A stretch of DNA of 24,000 nucleotides from Acidimicrobiales bacterium (GCA_036570385.1 DATCYI010000031.1:1-24000); one strand, 5' to 3'; positions 1 to 8,245 are shown, numbered from the stretch's first letter. The notes: generated by a model not told the origin, from the letters alone. Made by a program: numbers and translations.

Positions 1-35
1 GCAGCCGGGGCCCGCTGACGTGTCCGGTAGGCCGG

Positions 36-491
36 TCAGCCCTCGGAGCCGGGCGCGGCGTCGAGCTCGAGGCGCAGGTGCTCGAGCCCCCGGCGGATCG
101 CGGCCCGAGCGGTGCTGGCGATCCCGGTTGCCTGGGCGGCCGGGCCGAGCTCGACGTGCACCCACAGCTCGGTCACCTCGTGCAGGTAGTTGCCGGGTTC
201 GGGTCGGATCGAGGGGCGCACCGTGAAGTAGGCATGGAACCGGACCGGACCGGCCGACCCGTCGATGGTGAGCACGCCCTCGGCTGGACGCCAGTCCTCT
301 CGCTCCCGGTGCAGCTCGAGGTCGCCGGCCGAGGACCGGATCGTGGTCCGGTTCCCTTCACGCCGGGCGCCGAACCAGGCGGCGATGGCATCGGGGCGGT
401 CGAGGTAAGCCGAGGCGTCCGGAGGCGAGCAGGCGAGGACGATGCTGTCGTCGATCAGGATCATCTCGTCACCGACACGCGGACCGGTCAT
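36..491 (-). CDS. SRPBCC (START / polyketide-cyclase-like fold) family protein, 151 aa
   Basis: Track ORF 36..491 with ATG at 491. The size and sequence style (ILIDDSIVLACSPPDASAYLDRPDAIAAWF ... ELWVHVEL ... AAIRRGLEHLRLEL) resemble small ligand-binding SRPBCC proteins. High GC3. Last gene of the marR-usp operon. Confidence 0.5.
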   Translation of the reverse strand: MTGPRVGDEMILIDDSIVLACSPPDASAYLDRPDAIAAWFGARREGNRTTIRSSAGDLELHREREDWRPAEGVLTIDGSAGPVRFHAYFTVRPSIRPEPGNYLHEVTELWVHVELGPAAQATGIASTARAAIRRGLEHLRLELDAAPGSEG

Positions 492-527
492 GGTGCCGGC
501 ACCGCTAGCTCTGAGGAGCCGACCCCG

Positions 528-560
528 TCGCCGCGACCCGGTCTCTCGGGGTCGCGGCGA
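528..560. other. Perfect 12-bp GC-rich inverted repeat (TCGCCGCGACCC-N9-GGGTCGCGGCGA) between the usp stop and the SRPBCC start
   Basis: Read directly: 528-539 is the exact reverse complement of 549-560. No U-tract on either strand, so it is an intra-operon stem-loop (attenuator or RNA-stability element) rather than a canonical terminator. Confidence 0.3.
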
Positions 561-567
561 GCCCTGA

Positions 568-1017
568 TCATGACGGCACGGGTGGAACGACGAGCACCGG
601 CGTGGCCGCCTGCCCGACCAGCCGGTCCGTCACCGACCCGAGGAGCAACCGGCCCAGACGCCCATGCCCGTGCTGTCCCACCACGACGCACGCGGCGTCG
701 GACGCGGCCGCGGCCCGCAGCAGCTCGACCGACGGCGCGCCGTGTCGGACCTCGAATGACCACTGCACCGACATGTCCGCCAGCGCCAGCTCGCAGCACA
801 TGTGGCAGTGATCGGCGAGCTCCTCGGCCGAGACCGCCAGCGCGCCCGCACCAACGGGGGACGCGGCCGCGGCGGCCGGAGGGTGCACGACGTGCACCGC
901 CACCAGGCGACACCCCAAGGTGGCGGCCAGCTCCGCGGCCACCATCAGTGCCCGTTCGCTGCCGTCCGATCCGTCGACGCCCACCACGATGGCCCCACCG
1001 GACCCCTTCGAGAACAC
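568..1017 (-). CDS. Universal stress protein (UspA family), ~149 aa
   Basis: Track ORF 568..1104 has Usp hallmarks: GAIVVGVDGSDGSERAL near the N-terminus and VVVGQHGHGRLGRLLLGSVTDRLV...PVLVV near the C-terminus. The first 29 codons of the track ORF overlap marR, so the start was moved to GTG 1017, 2 nt after the marR stop (1020-1022). Confidence 0.8.
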   Translation of the reverse strand: MFSKGSGGAIVVGVDGSDGSERALMVAAELAATLGCRLVAVHVVHPPAAAAASPVGAGALAVSAEELADHCHMCCELALADMSVQWSFEVRHGAPSVELLRAAAASDAACVVVGQHGHGRLGRLLLGSVTDRLVGQAATPVLVVPPVPS

Positions 1018-1019
1018 GC

Positions 1020-1487
1020 TCAAGATCGCTGGCCCTCGGCGACCAGGTCGCGGGCCAAGCGGGCCAACAGGGGTGCCAGAGCGGCCAGGTCTTCTGCGGG
1101 CCACTCCGCGAGAGCGTCGGCGAACAGGCGATGACGGGCACCACGCAGCAGCTCCAACGCCGCCGCGCCATCCGGCGTCAACCCGAGGCGGGCGACACGC
1201 CCATCGCCGGGATCACCGACACGGGCGACCATCCCTCGTTCCTCCAGGGCCTTGACCTGGCGGCTCGCCGTGGACGGATCGACACCCAGCTGCCTGGCCA
1301 GGTCCGTCAACCGGACCGGGCCGAGCTCCCCCAGGCTTCCCAGCACGCCGTAAGCGGCCCGTTCGACCGCCACCCCGGCCTGCGCCACGACGCGCTCCTG
1401 CACGCTCGGCCGCGTCGCCGCCCGGACGATGGCCACCACCGACTCCTCGATCGCGCCGATCGTCACGCCAGAAGCGACTCGTCCCAC
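1020..1487 (-). CDS. MarR family transcriptional regulator, 155 aa
   Basis: Winged-helix core LTDLARQLGVDPSTASRQVKALEERGMVARVGDPGDGRVARLGLTPDG. GTG start at 1487. Divergent from the hydrolase gene. Confidence 0.85.
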   Translation of the reverse strand: MGRVASGVTIGAIEESVVAIVRAATRPSVQERVVAQAGVAVERAAYGVLGSLGELGPVRLTDLARQLGVDPSTASRQVKALEERGMVARVGDPGDGRVARLGLTPDGAAALELLRGARHRLFADALAEWPAEDLAALAPLLARLARDLVAEGQRS

Positions 1488-1500
1488 GCCCCCAGACTAC

Positions 1501-1517
1501 TTGGCTGCATCACCCAA
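1501..1517. promoter_or_regulatory. Candidate MarR operator: imperfect palindrome TTGGCTG-cat-CACCCAA in the 43-bp divergent intergenic region
   Basis: Read directly; arms match 6/7. It lies between the marR start (1487) and the hydrolase ATG (1531), in a locally less GC-rich stretch. Confidence 0.3.
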
Positions 1518-1530
1518 CCTTCGAACTAGC

Positions 1531-2436
1531 ATGCTGCGAGTGCGGCATTCGCCGATCCACTTCGAGGTGGCCGAGGGCGTTGTCCTCGCCGGGGACGCGT
1601 GGGGTGAGCCCGATGCGCCGCCCGTGGTCCTCTTGACCGGTGCCGGGCAGACCCGCCACGCCTGGGGCCAGACCGGCGAGGCACTGGCCGCCGCCGGCTT
1701 CCGGGCCATCGCCGTGGACCATCGGGGCCACGGCGACAGCACCTGGCCCACCGGCGACGACGCCTATGGGATGGAGGTGTTCCTCGAGGACACCATCTGC
1801 CTGTGCGCCCAGCTCCAGCGGCCGGTGGTGATCGGGGCGTCCCTCGGCGGGATGGCCGCGCTCATCGGAATCGGCCACCGGGCCGCGATCGACGCCCGGG
1901 CCCTCGTGCTCGTCGACGTCGCTCCCCGCCTCGAGTTCGCCGGCGCCACCCGGGTTCTGGAGTTCATGTCCGCCCATCCCGACGGGTTCGCCACCCTCGA
2001 CGAAGCCGCCGACTGGATCGCCTCCTACCTCCCCCACCGCGACCGCCGACCAACCACCGCCGGCCTGCAGAAGGTGCTCCGCCGACACGGCGACCGATGG
2101 CGCTGGCACTGGGACCCCCGATTCATCGAGGGATTGCGCCGGACCATCCTCACGAGCCCGGCAGGAGCCCAGGCACACATGGCGGAGATGCACGGCCGCA
2201 TGTTCGCCGCCGCCTCCGCGCTGCGGATCCCGACGCTGCTCGTCCGCGGCGCGATGTCCGACGTCGTCAGCGAAGCGGGCGCCCGCGAGTTCCTCACCGC
2301 GGTACCCCACGCCACCTACCTCGACGTCACCGGCGCAGGGCACATGGTGGCCGGCGACCGCAACGACACCTTCACCGACGCCATCGTCACGTTCCTCAAC
2401 GACCTACCACCCACCACCGACGCGGACGCGCCCTGA
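1531..2436 (+). CDS. Alpha/beta hydrolase fold protein, ~301 aa
   Basis: Track ORF 1429..2436, trimmed to the in-frame ATG at 1531 because the upstream part overlaps marR. Motifs: PPVVLLTGAGQTRHAW, AVDHRGHGDS, nucleophile elbow GASLGGMAAL, and C-terminal GAGHMV (catalytic His). Confidence 0.85.
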   Translation: MLRVRHSPIHFEVAEGVVLAGDAWGEPDAPPVVLLTGAGQTRHAWGQTGEALAAAGFRAIAVDHRGHGDSTWPTGDDAYGMEVFLEDTICLCAQLQRPVVIGASLGGMAALIGIGHRAAIDARALVLVDVAPRLEFAGATRVLEFMSAHPDGFATLDEAADWIASYLPHRDRRPTTAGLQKVLRRHGDRWRWHWDPRFIEGLRRTILTSPAGAQAHMAEMHGRMFAAASALRIPTLLVRGAMSDVVSEAGAREFLTAVPHATYLDVTGAGHMVAGDRNDTFTDAIVTFLNDLPPTTDADAP

Positions 2437-2491
2437 CACCCCAGAGCAGGAACCGCGGGGACTCGGACGACGCGCGCTGTCCCTGATCACT

Positions 2492-2510
2492 CCGCTCCCA
2501 ATCGGAGCGG
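2492..2510. terminator. Small hairpin CCGCTCC-caatc-GGAGCGG in the convergent gap between the hydrolase and the ABC1 kinase
   Basis: 7-bp perfect stem with a 5-nt loop, 56 nt after the hydrolase stop. No U-tract. Confidence 0.25.
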
Positions 2511-2571
2511 GAGCCTCCCTGAGGGCTCGATGTTGAGCCAACTGTTCTCCCCCGCATGGGTCATCTCCCAA

Positions 2572-2607
2572 GCGACGAAGACCCCGAGCGGTCCCGGCTT
2601 GCGTCGC
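2572..2607 (-). terminator. Imperfect long hairpin starting 2 nt after the stop of the minus-strand ABC1 kinase
   Basis: Minus strand reads GCGACGcAAG...GACCgctcggGGTC CTTCGTCGC: outer 6+3 bp with one bulge, inner 4 bp. Only 2 U follow. Confidence 0.3.
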
Positions 2608-2608
2608 C

Positions 2609-3937
2609 TCAGTCCGGTGCGTCGGTTGGAGCCGTGTGAACGCCCTCGAAGAGGAAGCCGATGAGCTCGGGGTCATTGAGGATGGCCCAGTCGGGCGCCA
2701 TGAGCTTGGCGTAGCGCTCGAAGTAGAGCATCTGCTTGGCGACGAGGACGAGCTCGCGGGGGAGGCGCACTTCGTAGCGGGTGCCGATGCGGACGATGTC
2801 GATGAGGACTTGGCCGTAGGAGATCTCCGACAGCGGTCGCCCGAGGATGGGCTCGACGATCTCGGCGATGTCGCGGGCGGACTGCTCGAGGTCGGCGGGA
2901 CGGAGGACCGCGCCCATCTCATAGATGGCTGTGGCGACGGCTTGGAAGTCGTTGTCGATGAGCAGTGCAGGGAGGCCCGTGCGGATGATGTCGCGGGTGG
3001 CGTCGTCGAGGGCGCCGCAGATGCCGAAGTCGAGGAAGACGATGTTGCCGTCGGTGTCGAGCATGAGGTTGCCGGCGTGCACGTCACCGTGGAAGAAGCC
3101 GTGCTGGAGCGCGCCTTCCATCCAGGCGCGCACGCCCCGCTTCAGTGCGGTGCCGAGATCCCACCCGGTGGTGCCGAGGCGGGCCAGGTCGTCGATCTTG
3201 TAGCCGTGGATGCGTTCCATGGTGAGCACGCGTGGCGTGGTGAGTGGCCAGTGCACGGCCGGAACCCGGACATGGTCGTTGGTGCCGTACGCGCGCAGGT
3301 TGCTCGCGTACCGCTCCATGGAGCGGGCTTCGATGACGAAGTTGAGCTCTTGGGCGAGCGTCGTTGCGAAGTCCTCGACGACGGCGACGGGGTTGGCCAT
3401 CCGTCCCTTCGATGAAGTGCGCTCGAGGAGTCGGGCGAGACGTTGGAGGATGGCGAGGTCGTCGCGAAGTCGCGGCGCAATGCCCGGTCGCTGCACCTTG
3501 ACGACGACGTCGGTTCCGTCGTGCAGCTCGGCGGCGTGGACTTGCGCGATCGACGCGGAGGCGAGCGGCTTGGGCTCGAAGTGGCGGAACAGGCCGTCGG
3601 GATGGTCCCCGAGCTCGGCGGTGATGACCTCGATGACGTCCGCGGTCGGCACGGGCGGGACCTCGTCAAGGCAGGCGCGGAACTCGTCGGCGAGGACCTC
3701 GGGGAACAAGCCGGGGCTCGAGGCGATGAGCTGGGCCAGCTTGACGTAGGTCGGTCCGAGCTCTTCGAAGGCGCGGCGAAGTTCGTTGGCGCCGGCGGCG
3801 CCGCGAGGTTCGTGTCGGGACCGTCGCGCGAAGCGGATGCCGTGGCGGGCGAGCACGGCGCCGGTACGGGTCGCTCGGCGGGCGACGGCGGAGGGGTGAG
3901 CCGGGCCCAACGCGGGCTGAAGGTGGGTGTGCGGCAC
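2609..3937 (-). CDS. UbiB/ABC1 (AarF) atypical protein-kinase-like family protein, ~442 aa
   Basis: C-terminal 440 aa of track ORF 2609..4396. Motifs: LGPTYVKLAQLIASSPGLFP, ASASIAQVHAA, VVVKVQRPG, HGDVHAGNLML, FLDFGICG. The track N-terminus overlaps the TetR gene, so the start was set at GTG 3937, preceded by AGGAGA (complement of 3942-3947). Confidence 0.85.
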   Translation of the reverse strand: MPHTHLQPALGPAHPSAVARRATRTGAVLARHGIRFARRSRHEPRGAAGANELRRAFEELGPTYVKLAQLIASSPGLFPEVLADEFRACLDEVPPVPTADVIEVITAELGDHPDGLFRHFEPKPLASASIAQVHAAELHDGTDVVVKVQRPGIAPRLRDDLAILQRLARLLERTSSKGRMANPVAVVEDFATTLAQELNFVIEARSMERYASNLRAYGTNDHVRVPAVHWPLTTPRVLTMERIHGYKIDDLARLGTTGWDLGTALKRGVRAWMEGALQHGFFHGDVHAGNLMLDTDGNIVFLDFGICGALDDATRDIIRTGLPALLIDNDFQAVATAIYEMGAVLRPADLEQSARDIAEIVEPILGRPLSEISYGQVLIDIVRIGTRYEVRLPRELVLVAKQMLYFERYAKLMAPDWAILNDPELIGFLFEGVHTAPTDAPD

Positions 3938-3970
3938 GGGGTCTCCTGGCGACCAAGCCTCGACAACGAT

Positions 3971-3994
3971 GAAACAGAATCGTATGGTTGTTTC
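3971..3994. promoter_or_regulatory. Candidate TetR operator GAAACA-N12-TGTTTC in the 60-bp divergent region between ABC1 kinase 1 and TetR 1
   Basis: Read directly in the only AT-enriched stretch of the neighbourhood (cgacaacgatGAAACAgaatcgtatggtTGTTTCgacATG). It is flanked by a TCGACA direct repeat (3960-3965 and 3992-3997) and abuts the TetR ATG at 3998. Confidence 0.35.
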
Positions 3995-3997
3995 GAC

Positions 3998-4642
3998 ATG
4001 GCGTCCAACTTGTCCTCCGAGGTGGTCGACGACGGCTCCATCCTCGAGCTCGGCATCCGCCTCACCGGTGTGCCGCCGGTCCCGGCGGTGGAGCTGGACC
4101 CGTACCTCGACGCCGCGGCGCGCTGTTTCACCCGGTTCGGCATCACCCGCACCCGGGTGCCCGATGTCGCTGCCGAGGTGGGCGTATCGCGGGTGACGGT
4201 GTACCGGCAGGTCGGCACAGTCGAGGACATGGCCCGCCTGCTGCTGGCCCGGGACATGCACCGCATCCTCACAGCGCTGCCTGCAGCGCTCGAGGGGGCG
4301 GTGGGACCCGACACGGTCGTCCGTCTGGTGGAGACGATCATCGGCCACGCCCGCGCCCATCCTGTGCTGGTCAAGGTGCTCAACGACGAGCCCCACCTGC
4401 TGGGCCCCGTCCTCGTCAGTGACCTGGGGACGGTCGCCGCCCGGGTCGCTGACGTCGTGGCCCCACTCCTCGAGGCGCTGATGGCGGCCGGTCAGCTAGC
4501 CCGGCGCGACCCACGGGTCGTGGCCGAGTGGCTGGTCCGCCAGACCGTCACGCTGATCCTGGCGCCACCCGAGGGAGACCTGCACGCCTTCCTGGCCGAG
4601 CTGCTCGTCCCCGCCCTGACCCCTACCGAGGAGCGTCGATGA
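3998..4642 (+). CDS. TetR/AcrR family transcriptional regulator, 214 aa
   Basis: In-frame ATG inside track ORF 3443..4642. HTH: AAARCFTRFGITRTRVPDVAAEVGVSRVTVYRQVG. Its stop overlaps the next start (ATGA at 4639-4642). Confidence 0.85.
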   Translation: MASNLSSEVVDDGSILELGIRLTGVPPVPAVELDPYLDAAARCFTRFGITRTRVPDVAAEVGVSRVTVYRQVGTVEDMARLLLARDMHRILTALPAALEGAVGPDTVVRLVETIIGHARAHPVLVKVLNDEPHLLGPVLVSDLGTVAARVADVVAPLLEALMAAGQLARRDPRVVAEWLVRQTVTLILAPPEGDLHAFLAELLVPALTPTEERR

Positions 4643-6981
4643 CCGCGACCATGCAGGCACCGGCGCGTGCGGGTGACGGTGATCGGATCGCCGCCCCGCG
4701 TCCCACCGACGCCGCCCGGCTGGCCGAGATCGTGGTGGTGCTAGCGCGCAACGGGCTGCTGACGGTGAGCCGCCGCGGCGGCGCCATCATGGTCGGGCCG
4801 CGCCGGCAGGCCCCACGAGCCGTGGCAGTGGCGTTGCGGCGCAGCTTCGCCGACCTCGGCCCGACCTATGTGAAGTTCGGGCAGCTGATCGCGTCGAGCC
4901 CGGGCCTGCTCCCGGGGTTCCTGGCGACTGAGTTCCGCCGGCTGCTCGACGCGGTGCCCCCGGAGTCGCCCGCGAAGATCCGGCGGGTGATCGAACGCGA
5001 GCTCGGCGCCAGCGTCGATGAGCTGTTCGCCACCTTCGACGACGCACCGGTTGCCGCGGCGTCGGTGGCGCAGGTCCACCGGGCGACCCTCGCCGACGGG
5101 ACCGAGGTCGCCGTAAAGGTCCGGCGGCCGAACCTGCGCGGCCGCATCGAACAGGACCTGCGCCTGCTGCGTGTGCTGGCCAGCGTGCTTGCCCGGGCCG
5201 GCGCGTTGGGGGAGACGCTCAACCCGACGGCGATCGTCGACGACCTGGCCGACACGATCCGCGCCGAGCTGGACTTCCGGCGCGAGGCGGCGGCGATGAC
5301 TGAGTTCGCGGACAACCTCGCCTGCCACGCCACCAACCAGCGGTGCGTCGTGCCCCGACCGATCGAGGGGATGGTCGCCGAGCGGGTCCTGGTGATGACC
5401 TACGTCGACGGGACGCCGGTCGATGACGGCACGACGCTGCGTGCCGCCGGCCACGACCTCGAGGACCTCGTGCGCAGCGGCGTGCGGGCGTGGCTGGGCG
5501 GCGCGCTGGAGCACGGCCTGTTCCACGGCGACGTGCATGCCGGCAACCTGTTCGTCACGCCCGCCGGCGAGATCGCGTTCCTCGACTTCGGGATCATGGG
5601 CCGTCTGGACGACCGCACCCGGCTGGTGCTGCGCCGAGCTCTCCCTGCGCTGCTCGTCGACGGCGACTTCGCCACGGTGGTGCGGGCCGTGTTCGACCTC
5701 GGCGCCGCCACCGAACCGGTCGACCTCGCACAGGCGACCGCCGATGTCCGCGACCTGCTCGAGCCGATCGCGACGAAGCCGCTGGCCGAGATCAGCTACG
5801 GCGAGCTGCTAGGCCACATCCTCAGGGTCGCCACCCGCTATCACGTCGTGCTGCCACGCGAGCTGGTGCTGGTGGTCAAGCAGCTCCTCTACTTCGAGCG
5901 CTATGCCAAGGAGCTCGCACCGAACTACCGGCTGCTCGCCGATCAGCGGATCCTCGAGCACCTCGTCGGCGCCCCCCAAGTCGTCGTCGAGCGGCCGGCG
6001 CTGCGCACGCGACCCGTCACCAGCGACCTCGACGCACCAGGGGGCGGGCTGGTCGTGGCCCGTGACGCCGAGGTGCAGTTCTCCTGGGACTACACCGGCG
6101 GGCGCGCCGAGCTGACCAAGCTGTACTCCAAGGCCAAGCGTTCGCAGTGGAACGCGACCACCGACATCGACTGGTCCATCGACGTCGACCCGCTCGACAC
6201 TGGCGGGCTGGCGTCCTATCTGCCGATGATCGCCGCGGAGTCCTTTGCCCGGTTCGACGAACGCGAACAGGCCGAGGCCGGTCGGCAGTTCAACGCGTGG
6301 ATCACCAGCCAGTTCCTCCACGGCGAGCAGGGCGCGCTGCTGGCCACCGCCAAGCTCGTCCAAGAGGTCCCGTGGACCGAAGCCAAGTACTACGGCGCCA
6401 CCCAGGTGATCGACGAAGCACGCCACGTCGAGGCCTACGCCCGCTACCTCGACGAGAAGCTCGAACTGACCTACCCGTGCAACGACAACCTCCGCCAGCT
6501 CCTCGAGCTGGTGATCGCCGACACCCGCTGGGACGTCACCTACCTCGGCATGCAGATCATCGTCGAGGGCATCGCCCTAGCCGCGTTCGGGCTCATCCAC
6601 CAGTTCTCCACCGAACCGCTCATCAAGCAGATCACCCGCTACGTCATGGCCGACGAAGCCCGCCACGTCGCCTTCGGCGCCCTGTCCCTGGCTGGCGTGT
6701 ATGACGACATGACCACCGCCGAGCTGCATGAACGGGAGGACTTCGTGGTCGAGGCCGCCTGGCTGATGCGTGACCGGTTCCTGGCCACCGAGGTGTGGGA
6801 ACGCCTCGGCATCCCTCTCGACGACGGGCTGCGCGACTCGGCGAACTCACCGATGCTCCAGCTGTTCCAGCGGGTGCTGTTCGCCAAGATCACCCCCAAC
6901 CTCCGCAAGATCGGCCTGCTCTCACCGCGCCTCACCGACCGACTCGTCGGCATCGGCGCCATGGCCCCCGACGACCTGTGA
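4639..6981 (+). CDS. Fusion protein, 780 aa: N-terminal UbiB/ABC1 atypical kinase-like domain plus C-terminal ferritin-like diiron-carboxylate (R2/AurF-like) domain
   Basis: Track ORF 4528..6981, with the start at ATG 4639 (ATGA overlap with the TetR stop). Kinase motifs: LGPTYVKFGQLIASSPG, AAASVAQVH, VAVKVRRP, HGDVHAGNL (5524-5550), LDFGIMG. After a ~45-aa linker: KRSQWNATTDIDWS, HGEQGA, IDEARHVE, IVEGIALAAF, ADEARHVAFG, i.e. an E / ExxH / E / ExxH pattern. No stop codon lies between the domains. Confidence 0.8.
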   Translation: MTATMQAPARAGDGDRIAAPRPTDAARLAEIVVVLARNGLLTVSRRGGAIMVGPRRQAPRAVAVALRRSFADLGPTYVKFGQLIASSPGLLPGFLATEFRRLLDAVPPESPAKIRRVIERELGASVDELFATFDDAPVAAASVAQVHRATLADGTEVAVKVRRPNLRGRIEQDLRLLRVLASVLARAGALGETLNPTAIVDDLADTIRAELDFRREAAAMTEFADNLACHATNQRCVVPRPIEGMVAERVLVMTYVDGTPVDDGTTLRAAGHDLEDLVRSGVRAWLGGALEHGLFHGDVHAGNLFVTPAGEIAFLDFGIMGRLDDRTRLVLRRALPALLVDGDFATVVRAVFDLGAATEPVDLAQATADVRDLLEPIATKPLAEISYGELLGHILRVATRYHVVLPRELVLVVKQLLYFERYAKELAPNYRLLADQRILEHLVGAPQVVVERPALRTRPVTSDLDAPGGGLVVARDAEVQFSWDYTGGRAELTKLYSKAKRSQWNATTDIDWSIDVDPLDTGGLASYLPMIAAESFARFDEREQAEAGRQFNAWITSQFLHGEQGALLATAKLVQEVPWTEAKYYGATQVIDEARHVEAYARYLDEKLELTYPCNDNLRQLLELVIADTRWDVTYLGMQIIVEGIALAAFGLIHQFSTEPLIKQITRYVMADEARHVAFGALSLAGVYDDMTTAELHEREDFVVEAAWLMRDRFLATEVWERLGIPLDDGLRDSANSPMLQLFQRVLFAKITPNLRKIGLLSPRLTDRLVGIGAMAPDDL

Positions 6982-6991
6982 GGAACCGCTG

Positions 6992-8245
6992 ATGCCCGCC
7001 ATCTGTGACGTCGACGCCGACAACGTCCTGCTCCGCCTGCTGCTCACCCCGGAAGGGCGAGCCGACCCCTACACCCACTACCGCCAGCTGCGCGACACCG
7101 CCCCAGTCCTTCGGAGCAGCTTCGGGCCCATCGTCCTGTCCCGCTACGACGACTGCATGACCGCGTTGCGAGACCCCCGCCTCGGCCGCGGAACGGCGCT
7201 GCGCGCCGCGGGCGGCGCACCCCTGGGCTTCGCCGGGTTCGACGTCGACCCCGAAGTGCGCAAGGCGTTCTTCGAACGGGCGGGCAACAACATGCTCTTC
7301 GCCGACCCGCCCGACCACACCCGCCTGCGCCGTCTCGTGAGCCGGGCCTTCACGCCCAAGCGGATCGAATCGCTCCGTCCCGCGGTGGAGGCGATGGTGC
7401 ACCGCCACCTCGACCCCATGCTCGCCCAAGGCGAGGTCGACGTCATGGAAGTGCTCGCCTTCCCCCTGCCCGTCAATGTCATCGGCGAGCTCGTGGGCGT
7501 CCCGGCCCCCGATCGGGCCGGGTTCCAGCCCCTCATCCGCGCCGCGGTCGCCGCACTCGACCCGAGCAGCGACGGTGCCGCCATCGCCACGGCCGCCGAC
7601 GCCATGGACCAGGCCCGCAGCTACTTCGCCGACCTCGTCGCCGAACGGCGACGCCGTCCCGCCGACGATCTCCTCTCCGGGCTGATTGCCAGCCGAGACG
7701 CCGGCGACGCCCTGTCGGACGATGAGGTCATCGCCACTGCCGTTCTGTTGTTCTCCGCCGGGTTCGAGACCACGACCAACCTCATCGGCAACGGGCTGCT
7801 CGCCCTGTTGCAGCACCCCGACCAGCTCGAGCGTTGGCGAGCCGACCCGACCCTGGCGCCGGCGGCGGTCGACGAGCTGCTGCGCTGGGACAGCCCCGTG
7901 CAGATGAACATGCGCACCGCCCTCGAACCCGCCGAGATCGCCGGCGAGTCGCTCGCCGCGGGCGATGTCGTGATCGTCCTGCAAGGCGGCGCCAACCGTG
8001 ACCCCGCCCACTTCCCCGACGCCGACACGTTCGACGTCGGCCGGCCCGAGAACACGCCGCTCAGCTTCGGGTGGGGCATCCACCACTGCCTCGGCGCTGC
8101 CCTGGCCCGGATGGAAGGCGAAGTCGTGTTCAAGGCCCTCCTGGCTCGCTGCCGCAGCATCGAGGCGCGCTTCGACGAACCGGAGTGGCGGCCCACCCTC
8201 ACGCTGCGAGGCCTCGCCACCCTGCCGGTGGAGGTCGCCGCATGA
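6992..8245 (+). CDS. Cytochrome P450, 417 aa
   Basis: ATG 6992 is preceded by GAGGAA (6980-6985). Motifs: I-helix FSAGFETTTN, ELLRWDSPV (ExxR), heme loop FGWGIHHCLGAALAR. Confidence 0.9.
   Translation: MPAICDVDADNVLLRLLLTPEGRADPYTHYRQLRDTAPVLRSSFGPIVLSRYDDCMTALRDPRLGRGTALRAAGGAPLGFAGFDVDPEVRKAFFERAGNNMLFADPPDHTRLRRLVSRAFTPKRIESLRPAVEAMVHRHLDPMLAQGEVDVMEVLAFPLPVNVIGELVGVPAPDRAGFQPLIRAAVAALDPSSDGAAIATAADAMDQARSYFADLVAERRRRPADDLLSGLIASRDAGDALSDDEVIATAVLLFSAGFETTTNLIGNGLLALLQHPDQLERWRADPTLAPAAVDELLRWDSPVQMNMRTALEPAEIAGESLAAGDVVIVLQGGANRDPAHFPDADTFDVGRPENTPLSFGWGIHHCLGAALARMEGEVVFKALLARCRSIEARFDEPEWRPTLTLRGLATLPVEVAA

Noticed and set aside
78-1529. 483-aa plus-strand ORF, plus several other long ORFs in the track covering 1-1500 (e.g. 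488..1171 minus, 20..226 plus)
   Set aside because: Arg/Pro/Ala/Gly-rich low-complexity translations with no recognisable motif. They lie entirely over the SRPBCC, Usp and MarR genes, which have clear family signatures. These are typical shadow ORFs of high-GC DNA.
3938-4396. N-terminal 150 aa of the 595-aa track ORF 2609..4396 (a longer form of ABC1 kinase 1)
   Set aside because: The extension has no ABC1 similarity, is compositionally odd and runs antisense through the TetR gene (3998-4642). A GTG with an AGGAGA Shine-Dalgarno at 3937 gives a normal-length kinase.
4528-4638. Upstream start (4528) of the ABC1-diiron ORF as given in the track
   Set aside because: The first 37 codons overlap the TetR C-terminus in another frame and are Arg/Pro-rich. 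ATG 4639 forms a classic ATGA stop/start overlap.
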